From Propionibacteriaceae bacterium (GTDB lineage: Bacteria; Actinomycetota; Actinomycetes; Propionibacteriales; Propionibacteriaceae): a DNA stretch of 64,000 bases. This document shows positions 1 through 7,829 of this stretch, piece after piece. The translations under genes and the position numbers were made by a program. Below the pieces are notes generated by a model. The model had not been told where the DNA came from and did not search any database. It worked only from the letters and a program-made list of their open reading frames with translations. The stretch covers positions 162 through 64,161 of the forward strand of contig DASVEX010000171.1 in assembly GCA_036380335.1 (NCBI GenBank), written 5' to 3'. Every line of letters starts with the position of its first letter. Position 1 is the stretch's first letter.

Positions 1-116
1 CCGTCCGGGAACGAGCTGAGCGGTGCGCTCTCGCCTAGCTGGGCTGCTACCTCGCTCGCCCTAGGGCGCCCCCGGCGCTTGCTGGGCTGAGGAAACGTCG
101 AGTCACTTTGTGCCAT
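1..116 (-). CDS. 5' end of an ORF running off the left edge; possibly lexA (not provable from 38 codons)
   Basis: ATG at 116-114 opens a stop-free minus-strand frame to base 1 (MAQSDSTFPQPSKRRGRPRASEVAAQLGESAPLSSFPD...). An SOS-type box lies about 30 nt upstream (149-164). lexA neighbours nrdR in many Actinomycetota. Absent from the ORF track because it is edge-truncated. Confidence 0.3.
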   Translation of the reverse strand, partial: MAQSDSTFPQPSKRRGRPRASEVAAQLGESAPLSSFPD

Positions 117-148
117 AAGGCTGACGATAGAGAAGTCCGCCGACAGAT

Positions 149-164
149 TCAAACATTTGTTCGA
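149..164. promoter_or_regulatory. SOS (LexA/Cheo-type) box candidate TCAAACATTTGTTCGA
   Basis: One mismatch to TCGAAC-N4-GTTCGA. Lies in an AT-richer non-coding stretch just upstream of the leftward ORF start at 116. Confidence 0.5.
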
Positions 165-299
165 GCGTGTTGACCAGATCTGCCACGCCGTTGCGGCGGT
201 TCGTCAAAACTGTCTGAGGCCACTGGTTCAGTGATTTCACGACACGCGTCGAATACTTGTGCGAATGAGCTTGGCAGCGAGTCGAAGTTGCTATACAAA

Positions 300-331
300 T
301 CAAACGTACGTTCTATCGGACGTTAGTTCGA
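300..331. promoter_or_regulatory. Two abutting SOS-box candidates: TCAAACGTACGTTCTA (300-315) and TCGGACGTTAGTTCGA (316-331)
   Basis: Two and one mismatches respectively to TCGAAC-N4-GTTCGA. Located 23-54 nt upstream of the ATG at 354. Confidence 0.5.
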
Positions 332-353
332 TCCTTGATAGAGGGGTCACGAA

Positions 354-677
354 ATGAGTGCTGTTCCGGTCTTTATTCCGCCTGTATCAATCCCGCCTGT
401 CGCAATCCCGCCTGTCGCAATCCCGTATGTCGCTATAGCGCCTGCGGCTGTCTTCGTTCCTCAGGATCGCGGCAACGTTGGACCGACACCGAGCAGCGCA
501 CGACCAGCCACAGCTCCCATGCGCTGGCAGCTCACCGATCGAGGGATTGCCGTCGTCCTCCTGCTGGTAGCGGTAATTCTGACCGCGGCGGTCATCGCGG
601 TTGGCGTCACTGCTTTACGCGTGACCAGCGCCGACTACGATGCTCGTCTCCACGAGTCCTGGCAGGTCCAGCGTTGA
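354..677 (+). CDS. Small membrane protein with an N-terminal IPPV(A/S) pentapeptide repeat and one C-terminal TM helix; function unknown (candidate SOS-regulated)
   Basis: RBS GAGGGG lies 8 nt upstream of the ATG. TM segment is GIAVVLLLVAVILTAAVIAVGVTAL. SOS-type boxes lie immediately upstream. I recognise no family. Confidence 0.6.
   Translation: MSAVPVFIPPVSIPPVAIPPVAIPYVAIAPAAVFVPQDRGNVGPTPSSARPATAPMRWQLTDRGIAVVLLLVAVILTAAVIAVGVTALRVTSADYDARLHESWQVQR
375..449 (+). repeat. In-frame 15-bp tandem repeat, 5 units (two identical, the others diverged)
   Basis: attccgcctgtatca / atcccgcctgtcgca / atcccgcctgtcgca / atcccgtatgtcgct / atagcgcctgcggct, read directly from the sequence. Confidence 0.85.
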
Positions 678-684
678 GCTGCCG

Positions 685-1155
685 CTAGCCGACGTCGTGA
701 GACATCTGGTCAATGCAGACGACGACCGCAAGCACGAGAGCATCATCTTGGCCCGGTTTGATCTCGATACCGTAGGTGTCGCGTACCCGGAACCACCGAC
801 GTGAGACCTCTGCAACCTCATCCCCGTGGCGCTCGATCTTGTATTCGTGATCAACGATGTTGCCCTTCGCCTCCATATCGTCGCCGTCGTGGACGTCAAC
901 GGAGAATCGATCCCGAAGTGGCGTCACCAACGCCTTTTTCACAGTGGCGACCTGATGTCCGTCGCGCTCAATGTCCATGGTGTCGCGCACCCGGAGCTTC
1001 TTCTCTTGGATCGAATACAGCTCGTCGCCGCGGGGCGACTGAAGGATGAGTGTGTCCCGTATCCGAAAAGCCTTTCCGTTCACCTTGAACGTCCGCTCGC
1101 CTGCCTCGTTCTCGATCCAGAAGTCATCACCAATGGCGAAAAGTTTCTCCTGCAT
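685..1155 (-). CDS. LURP-one-related (DUF567, tubby C-terminal-like) family protein
   Basis: MQEKLFAIGDDFWIENEAGERTFKVNGKAFRIRDTLIL... is typical of bacterial LURP1-related proteins. Start moved to the ATG at 1155 (M18 of the track ORF). Confidence 0.8.
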   Translation of the reverse strand: MQEKLFAIGDDFWIENEAGERTFKVNGKAFRIRDTLILQSPRGDELYSIQEKKLRVRDTMDIERDGHQVATVKKALVTPLRDRFSVDVHDGDDMEAKGNIVDHEYKIERHGDEVAEVSRRWFRVRDTYGIEIKPGQDDALVLAVVVCIDQMSHDVG

Positions 1156-1264
1156 CCGATACCTTGTGGCGCCTGCAGCCTCGCGACGACCTCGCAACAG
1201 GGGCATAGCCCGCTCCTTTCGTGTACTCGAGCGACGCTACGCCGCGTTGGATCGGCGGACCAGG

Positions 1265-1852
1265 TCACTGGCGATGGCTCCCCGCCTCGTCGATGACGAC
1301 GGTCTTCATGACCTGGTCCGCGAAGGTCTGCCTTTTGTCGTCCCAGAGGGGCCACAGATAGCCCACCAGCGTCAGCGCGTCGAGGATGTGAACAACGTCT
1401 CGAATGAACGCGTTCTTCGCACCGATGGGCGCGTAGGTCTCCTCCCCGATCAGCCTGATCTTGCTCACCCGCTTGCCCACTGACTGCCCTGTCTTGCCTG
1501 CCAGGTGCCAGCGGTTGTAAGCGACCCATCCCAGGCTGACGAGCATCGCGCCCAAACCGATGATCATGACAACAGCTGGCTTCGCGAGCTGCGAAGTCGA
1601 GCCGCCGGATGAAGCGAGCTGGACGATGAAGATCAGGTAACCGACGCAGAAGATGATCAAGCCGAGATAGGTCGGAAACTGGTCGATCAATCTCGCTCGG
1701 ACGCGCGTGGCCCAGCTGGCGCGATCGCTCTGCGCGGGCACCGCCATGATGTATTCGGGAGGCGGCGGAATGCCGTGAACGGGTGGCGTTTGCAGCACCG
1801 GCCGCTGCGGATTGGCCGGTGGGACGTCCGGCCCGTGAGCGAAGTCGGTCAT
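1265..1852 (-). CDS. RDD family membrane protein with a Pro-rich N-terminus
   Basis: RARLIDQFPTYL... plus TM helices and a C-terminal IRDVVHILD...WDDKRQTFADQV, the RDD-domain pattern. Confidence 0.8.
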   Translation of the reverse strand: MTDFAHGPDVPPANPQRPVLQTPPVHGIPPPPEYIMAVPAQSDRASWATRVRARLIDQFPTYLGLIIFCVGYLIFIVQLASSGGSTSQLAKPAVVMIIGLGAMLVSLGWVAYNRWHLAGKTGQSVGKRVSKIRLIGEETYAPIGAKNAFIRDVVHILDALTLVGYLWPLWDDKRQTFADQVMKTVVIDEAGSHRQ

Positions 1853-1953
1853 GACCGTCCTTAGTCGGCGACGCTGGCGAGTGTAGGCGATCGGTCTCCT
1901 CAGGCTCCGCTCTTGCTAGGTGCTGCACTGTTGGCCTCAGGCACAATGAGCAT

Positions 1954-2373
1954 GTGGCGATCTCTACTGACGTCCGGCCGTTTCGTGCTGGACGCGCAGC
2001 CGGATACGTCGGCGCCTTCTTTGCCGGCGGGCTCGCCCTGAGCGCGCTTTATGCGACGACCGGCTTTGGATTGCCATGCCCCTTCCGTGCCGTCACTGGT
2101 TGGGACTGCCCGCTCTGCGGAGGGACCCGGATGGGTTCGGCATTGCTCCACGGCGACGTCCAAGCGGCATTCTTGTGCAACCCGCTGGCACTGATCGGCC
2201 TACTCGTCCTTGGCCTGCTCGGAGTGCTATGGGCAGTGGAGGCGGCGGGTGGCCCTGCGATCCGACTACCGCGTTCTCTTGCTGCCGGGTTACGTCGCGT
2301 GCGACTTGGTCAATGGTTGGCCCTCGGGCTCGCCGTAGCCGTGCTTTACACCCTCGCGCGCAACGTGCTCTGA
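1954..2373 (+). CDS. DUF2752 domain membrane protein
   Basis: CPFRAVTGWDCPLCGGTRM motif followed by TM helices. Confidence 0.75.
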   Translation: MAISTDVRPFRAGRAAGYVGAFFAGGLALSALYATTGFGLPCPFRAVTGWDCPLCGGTRMGSALLHGDVQAAFLCNPLALIGLLVLGLLGVLWAVEAAGGPAIRLPRSLAAGLRRVRLGQWLALGLAVAVLYTLARNVL

Positions 2374-2538
2374 AGCCTCATCCGAGCCTTTTGGTGCAGC
2401 GCTGTGGAGCCCTGAGCCACCCCGCTCTGAGAGCTGAGACCGGAGCTCGGCGACACCGGCGAGAAAACTGTCAGTCCGCTTGCGAAGAATGGCTGGAAGA
2501 CGTACGGTGTCCATATCTAGTAGTTACAAGCATGTGTT

Positions 2539-2645
2539 TTATCCACAAGTTGTGGTTAGATCTTCACAGAAGTCCCCAGGAAGTGCACAGACTGATCCAC
2601 AAGTTTTCCCGACCACCCACAGGCCGATCCCCAGGTCGATCCACA
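2539..2645. promoter_or_regulatory. Cluster of DnaA-box-like / yCACA(A/G) motifs in the nrdR upstream region
   Basis: TTATCCACA 2539-2547, TGTGGTTAG (rc CTAACCACA) 2551-2559, TGATCCACA 2593-2601, CCACCCACA 2613-2621, CGATCCACA 2637-2645. ATCCACAAGTT is repeated exactly at 2541 and 2595. Which protein binds is unknown. Confidence 0.35.
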
Positions 2646-2661
2646 CAGAGAGGATTCGAAG

Positions 2662-3228
2662 GTGCACTGCCCGTACTGTCGCAACACCGACTCCAAGGTG
2701 CTGGATTCACGCACGACCGATGACGGCGGCAGCATCCGGCGGCGGCGCCAATGCCCGTCTTGCGAGCGGCGTTTCACCACGATCGAGCAGATGCAGCTCG
2801 TCGTGGTGAAACGTAGTGGCGTCGTCGAGCCTTTTACTCGCGACAAGGTCATCAACGGGGTGAGGAAAGCCTGCAAGGGACGGCCGGTGACCGAGGACCA
2901 GCTGGCCCGCCTTGGTCAGCTCGTCGAGGACTCGCTGCGGGCCCTAGGTCAGCCCGAAATACCGGCGGACGAGGTCGGCGTCGCCATTCTTGGTCCGCTG
3001 CGTGAGCTCGATCAGGTCGCTTACCTTCGCTTCGCGAGCGTTTATCGACAATTCCGGTCGGTGGACGACTTCGAGGCTGAGATCGCCCTGCTTCGCGTGG
3101 AACAGGAGCCGACCGGTATCGAACCACTTGTTCCGGACCGTCTAGCGGACAACAAGATAAGCAACTTCACGCCGCACCGGCTGACACCATCTCGGCAACG
3201 CCCCGGCAGCGGTCCGGAACCTCCGTAG
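2662..3228 (+). CDS. nrdR: Transcriptional repressor NrdR
   Basis: [40 protein letters not shown] zinc ribbon plus ATP-cone. GTG start with RBS GAGAGGA 8 nt upstream. Confidence 0.95.
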   Translation: MHCPYCRNTDSKVLDSRTTDDGGSIRRRRQCPSCERRFTTIEQMQLVVVKRSGVVEPFTRDKVINGVRKACKGRPVTEDQLARLGQLVEDSLRALGQPEIPADEVGVAILGPLRELDQVAYLRFASVYRQFRSVDDFEAEIALLRVEQEPTGIEPLVPDRLADNKISNFTPHRLTPSRQRPGSGPEPP

Positions 3229-3340
3229 TACGAACACGATCCTGTCGTGTGCCGCCGGCCGCGGCCACGACTCACGACAGCCAGGCCAGCCTCCATCATC
3301 AGCGCCAGTGGTGGCGCGGTAGCGACGAAGAAAGGCAGAA

Positions 3341-6199
3341 ATGACCGAAACAACCCGTTCGGCGAATGGGCGATCGGACAAGAAGAATTCGCAGCCGAAG
3401 TCCGCTGGCCTGAGCATCCAGTCCGTCTTCACCTCGGGCGTCCACCCCTATGACGAGGTGACCTGGGAGCGCCGCGATGTCGTGCAAACCAACTGGAAGA
3501 CCGGCGAGGTGGTCTTTGAGCAAAAAGGCGTTGAATTCCCCGACTTCTGGAGCGTCAACGCGTCCACGATCGTCACCACCAAGTACTTTCGTGGCGCGCT
3601 TGGCACGCCGGTTCGCGAGCAGAGTCTTCGGCAACTCATCGACCGTGTCGTCACGACCTATCGCAGGGCAGGGGAAGACTACGGCTACTTCGCGGACACT
3701 CAGTCGGCCGAGGTGTTCGAGTACGAGCTGACCTGGATGCTGCTGCACCAGTACTTCTCGTTCAACTCGCCGGTCTGGTTCAACGTCGGTACCGCCTCGC
3801 CGCAGCAGGTTTCAGCCTGCTTCATCTTGTCGGTGGACGACTCCATGGACTCGATCTTGAACTGGTACCGGGAGGAGGGGTTCATCTTCAAGGGCGGCTC
3901 GGGTGCCGGCCTGAACCTGTCACGGATCCGCTCGTCGAAAGAGCTGCTGAGCTCGGGTGGCACGGCCTCCGGCCCCGTCTCGTTCATGCGGGGTGCTGAC
4001 GCGAGTGCGGGGACCATCAAGTCCGGCGGAGCGACGCGCCGCGCCGCAAAGATGGTTGTGCTCGATGTGGACCATCCCGACATCGAGGAGTTCATCGAGA
4101 CCAAGGCGCGCGAGGAAAACAAGATCCGCGCGCTCCGCGATGCCGGGTTCGACATGGACTTGGGCGGCCGAGACATCACCTCCGTGCAGTATCAGAACGC
4201 CAACAACTCGGTGCGAGTGACTGATGAATTCATGCGAACCGTCGAGCATGACGGGGACTTCTCGCTGCGCGCGCGTACCGACGGTCGGGTTATCGAGACG
4301 CTGAAGGCTCGTGAGCTGTTCGACAAGATGGCCAGAGCTGCATGGGAATGCGCCGATCCCGGCATCCAGTACGACGACACGATCAACGACTGGCACACCA
4401 ATCCGGAGACCGGCCGGATTACGGCATCTAATCCCTGCTCGGAGTACATGAGCCTGGACAACAGCTCGTGCAACCTGGCGAGCCTCAACCTGCTCAAGTT
4501 CTTGCGCGACGACAACACCTTCGATGCACTGGCGTTCGAGCGGGCGGTGGAGTTGATCATCACAGCAATGGACATCTCGATCTGCTTCGCCGACTTCCCC
4601 ACCGAGGCGATCGGGCAGACGACTCGTGATTATCGCCAGCTCGGCATCGGTTACGCGAACCTCGGTGCGCTGCTGATGGCGACCGGACACGGATACGACT
4701 CAGAGGGCGGCCGAGCGCTGGCTGCGGCGATCACCTCTGTGATGACGGGCGTGTCCTATCGCCGGTCGGCTGAGCTCGCCGGCATCGTCGGCGCGTACGA
4801 GGGTTACCCCCGCAACGCCGACGCTCACAAGAGGGTCATGCGCAAGCACCAGGCTGCGAATGATGCGCTACGCACGGTCGACGCGATGGACGGCGACATT
4901 CGTAAGCGGGCGACCGCTGCATGGGCCGACGTGATCAAGATCGGCGAGGCAAATGGCTACCGCAACGCCCAGGCAAGTGTTCTCGCTCCGACTGGCACGA
5001 TCGGCTTCATGATGGACTGCGACACCACGGGGATTGAGCCCGACTTTTCGCTGGTGAAGTTCAAAAAGCTCGTGGGAGGCGGCTCACTACAGATCGTCAA
5101 CCAGACGATCCCGAAGGCGCTGAAGAAGCTTGGTTACGCAGACGAGACGGCTGAGGCGATCATCGAGTACATCGCCGAACACGGACACGTGATCGACGCG
5201 CCTGGCCTGAAGCTAGAGCATTACGAGGTCTTCGACACGGCAATGGGGCAGCGGGCGATCAAGCCGATGGGCCATGTCCGCATGATGGCGGCAGCTCAGC
5301 CCTTCCTCTCGGGGGCCATCTCCAAGACGGTGAATTTGCCGGAGACGGCGACTGTGGAGGAGATAGCCGATGTCTACCTGCAGGGCTGGAAGCTCGGCCT
5401 CAAGGCGCTAGCGGTCTACCGCGACAACTGCAAGGTGGGTCAGCCTCTCAGCGACGGCACAGCCAGCAGGACCGATGACAAGAAGACAGCGGCGGTCGAA
5501 ACTGAAATCGTGGAGAAGGTGGTCTATCGGCCGACCCGGAAGCGGCTGCCCAAGTCGCGACCGAGTCGTACCACGTCGTTCTCGGTCGGCGGGGCCGAAG
5601 GTTACATGACGTCTGGCTCGTACCCGGACGACGGCCTCGGCGAGGTGTTCCTCAAGCTCGGCAAGCAGGGCTCGACTCTTGCAGGTGTGATGGACGCGTT
5701 CTCCATTGCGGTGTCAATCGCTTTGCAGTACGGAGTCCCGCTGGAAACTTTTGTGCAGAAGTTCACCAACCTCAAGTTCGAGCCCGCCGGCTTGACCGAC
5801 GACCCGGACATCCGGATGGCACAGTCGATCATGGACTACATTTTCCGGCGGTTGGCGCTGGACTACCTGTCCTTCGAGGAGCGGGCGGAGCTCGGCATTT
5901 ACACGGCCACCGAGCGGGCCCGCCAGGTCGAGACCGGATCGTATCTGCCGCCCGAGGAAGAGCTCAGTGAGGCGGAGTCGCTCAAGAACGACCCGGGTGA
6001 CGACGTACGAACCGACGAGATGGATGTCCCAGGTGCGAAGCCAGTCCCGCAGAGTGCTCATACGACGGCCGAGCTCTTCGAGGAGATCACCGGCACCAGC
6101 GTCGACGCGCCGCTCTGCCTGACCTGCGGCACCAAGATGCGGCCCAGCGGCAGCTGCTACGTCTGCGAAGGTTGCGGATCAACCAGCGGTTGCAGCTGA
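3341..6199 (+). CDS. nrdJ: Class II (adenosylcobalamin-dependent) ribonucleotide reductase
   Basis: 952 aa. Conserved NrdJ N-terminus (HPYDEVTWERRD..., TKYFRG), active-site NPCSEY and a C-terminal Cys-rich tail CLTCGTKMRPSGSCYVCEGCG. Lies downstream of nrdR as in Streptomyces. Confidence 0.95.
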   Translation: MTETTRSANGRSDKKNSQPKSAGLSIQSVFTSGVHPYDEVTWERRDVVQTNWKTGEVVFEQKGVEFPDFWSVNASTIVTTKYFRGALGTPVREQSLRQLIDRVVTTYRRAGEDYGYFADTQSAEVFEYELTWMLLHQYFSFNSPVWFNVGTASPQQVSACFILSVDDSMDSILNWYREEGFIFKGGSGAGLNLSRIRSSKELLSSGGTASGPVSFMRGADASAGTIKSGGATRRAAKMVVLDVDHPDIEEFIETKAREENKIRALRDAGFDMDLGGRDITSVQYQNANNSVRVTDEFMRTVEHDGDFSLRARTDGRVIETLKARELFDKMARAAWECADPGIQYDDTINDWHTNPETGRITASNPCSEYMSLDNSSCNLASLNLLKFLRDDNTFDALAFERAVELIITAMDISICFADFPTEAIGQTTRDYRQLGIGYANLGALLMATGHGYDSEGGRALAAAITSVMTGVSYRRSAELAGIVGAYEGYPRNADAHKRVMRKHQAANDALRTVDAMDGDIRKRATAAWADVIKIGEANGYRNAQASVLAPTGTIGFMMDCDTTGIEPDFSLVKFKKLVGGGSLQIVNQTIPKALKKLGYADETAEAIIEYIAEHGHVIDAPGLKLEHYEVFDTAMGQRAIKPMGHVRMMAAAQPFLSGAISKTVNLPETATVEEIADVYLQGWKLGLKALAVYRDNCKVGQPLSDGTASRTDDKKTAAVETEIVEKVVYRPTRKRLPKSRPSRTTSFSVGGAEGYMTSGSYPDDGLGEVFLKLGKQGSTLAGVMDAFSIAVSIALQYGVPLETFVQKFTNLKFEPAGLTDDPDIRMAQSIMDYIFRRLALDYLSFEERAELGIYTATERARQVETGSYLPPEEELSEAESLKNDPGDDVRTDEMDVPGAKPVPQSAHTTAELFEEITGTSVDAPLCLTCGTKMRPSGSCYVCEGCGSTSGCS

Positions 6200-6216
6200 A
6201 AGCTGGCGGTAATTGA

Positions 6217-6791
6217 TCAAGTGCGCCTGGCACGGTGCGTGAGTTCGTACGCGGCGGTAAGCGTTTGCCCGAGCAGCACCGCGATCGTCATCGGGCCTAC
6301 GCCACCTGGGACGGGCGTGATCAGGCTGGCTCGGCTGCTGCCTCGTACTCGACGTCGCCGACGTTACCGGGGTTGTAGCCGGCGTCCACACGTTGAACGC
6401 CATCGCGGCGAAGCTGTGCATCGTGACCCCGTCGACATCCTTGATCGGGGCGATGGCCTCGAAGGCTGCGCGCTCGTTGACATGATCAGGGAAGGAGTTG
6501 CAGCAGGATCCCGTCCACGGCAGGGTCGTCGGACAGCGTCGTGATCTCGGCAACGAGTTCGCGCGTGGTGGTCGAGGCGGGCAGCTCGACATACCGCGAC
6601 TCCATCCCGAGTTTGGCCGTCCGGTTCCGCTTCATCCGCACATGGGTGTGAGACGCCGGATCGTCGCCGACTAGCACGGTGGCCAGGCACGGAATTCTCA
6701 CCTGTGCCCGTGCGAACTCGGTCGTGCCTACTGTGACCTGCTCCAGGAGCCGAGCTGCGACCGCCGTCCCATTCATGACGTGTGCGCTCAC
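6217..6791 (-). pseudogene. folD: folD (methylene-THF dehydrogenase/cyclohydrolase) remnant with an internal deletion and two frameshifts
   Basis: The N-terminal 101 aa are intact (6486-6791, ...DGILLQLLP). The next frame carries DHVNERAAFEAIAPIKDVDGV.... A third and fourth frame carry [22 protein letters not shown] and [28 protein letters not shown], ending at the stop at 6217. About 575 bp remain versus roughly 850 bp for an intact folD. Confidence 0.7.
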
Positions 6792-6858
6792 GTCGTCCTC
6801 TCGATCAACTCGAAGGCGCTTGATCTGATGCGCCGCCTTTTGGGAACACTTCTGGGCC

Positions 6859-7815
6859 GTGCGCGTTTACCACAACATGATTGATGACCGTGACCGCGAG
6901 GCGTTGGACGCTTACTCCGAGGCGGTGACTGCCGTCGTTCAGCAGGTCTTGCCCAGTGTCGCGAGCCTCCGGGTGAGGTCCCGGCTCGGCGATGGCGCGG
7001 GCAGTGCCAGTGTGTTGACCGGCGACGGGTTTCTGTTGACCAGCGCGCATGTCGTCGATGGAGTGAACACCGTCGTGGCCGCCTTCGCAGACGGCAACGA
7101 GGTGACCGCAGATGTGGTCGGACGAGATGCGTTCTCCGACCTGGCCGTGCTGCGCGCTCGAGGTGAAGTACCGAGTCCCGTTGCGCTGGGCGACGCCAGC
7201 AAGCTGCAAGTCGGACAACTCGTGATCGCGGTGGGAAACCCCCTCGGTCTGGCGGGAAGCGTCACGGCTGGCATTATCTCGGGCCTAGGCCGGTCACTTC
7301 CAACCAGGCAAGGACGAGTTGTTGATGAGGTGATCCAGACCGACGCGGCACTCAATCCCGGGAATAGCGGCGGTGTGCTCGCCGACAGCCGTGGCCGAAT
7401 GATCGGAGTCAATACCGCGGTGGCCGGCATCGGTGTCGGCCTGGCAGTGCCGATCAACGAGACGACGGAGCGCATCATCAGCGCCTTGATGACCGCCGGT
7501 CGAGTACGTCGCGCCTGGCTCGGAATCGCGGGCAGCCAGGCTCCGCTGCCGCCAGCGTTGGCGAACAAGCTGGGTCGGCGTGAGGGCCTTCGGGTGGCCC
7601 AGGTGGTTGCCGGCAGCCCTGCTGATAGTGCGGGTCTGAGAGCAGGCGACGTCGTCGTCGCGGTCGCTGGCACTTCCCTGGGTTCCAGCACCGAGCTGCA
7701 GCGCCGAATGGTCGAGGATGCGATCGGCCGGCGAGTGGAGATCACGGTCTGGCGCAACGGTGCATTGGTCGATGTCATCGCTGTGCCGAGAGAGCTGACC
7801 GAGTCCTCTAGCTAA
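6859..7815 (+). CDS. S1C (HtrA/DegP-like) trypsin-like serine protease with a C-terminal PDZ domain
   Basis: TSAHVV, DLAVL and GNSGGVL catalytic-triad contexts. PDZ-like [25 protein letters not shown]. Confidence 0.85.
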   Translation: MRVYHNMIDDRDREALDAYSEAVTAVVQQVLPSVASLRVRSRLGDGAGSASVLTGDGFLLTSAHVVDGVNTVVAAFADGNEVTADVVGRDAFSDLAVLRARGEVPSPVALGDASKLQVGQLVIAVGNPLGLAGSVTAGIISGLGRSLPTRQGRVVDEVIQTDAALNPGNSGGVLADSRGRMIGVNTAVAGIGVGLAVPINETTERIISALMTAGRVRRAWLGIAGSQAPLPPALANKLGRREGLRVAQVVAGSPADSAGLRAGDVVVAVAGTSLGSSTELQRRMVEDAIGRRVEITVWRNGALVDVIAVPRELTESSS

Positions 7816-7829
7816 AGGCTGCGTACCGT

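Noticed and set aside
103-303. 66-aa minus-strand ORF from the track
   Set aside because: It lies in the AT-richer non-coding stretch, is crossed by an SOS-type box and ends inside the better-supported leftward ORF start (ATG 116, different frame). It has no RBS and I recognise no family. Treated as a chance ORF.
2543-2555. Palindrome CCACAAGTTGTGG as a canonical NrdR box
   Set aside because: The arms resemble NrdR half-sites, but the palindrome is 13 bp with an odd centre rather than the 16-bp even palindrome. I could not find a second box at the usual ~31-32 bp spacing. It is kept only as an alternative reading of the CACA array.
3229-3340. Cobalamin riboswitch upstream of nrdJ
   Set aside because: The spacer is only 112 bp and I see no B12-box-like core. 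In Streptomyces the B12 riboswitch controls the class I nrdAB genes, not nrdJ.
6939-7778. 279-aa ORF antisense to the HtrA-like protease. The same applies to 18795-19973, 22632-23624, 37088-38119, 43362-44588, 48996-50213, 57598-58887 and many shorter ones.
   Set aside because: These are typical high-GC shadow ORFs. They are Arg/Pro/Ala/Ser-rich low-complexity translations opposite genes with clear family motifs, and have no recognisable domains.
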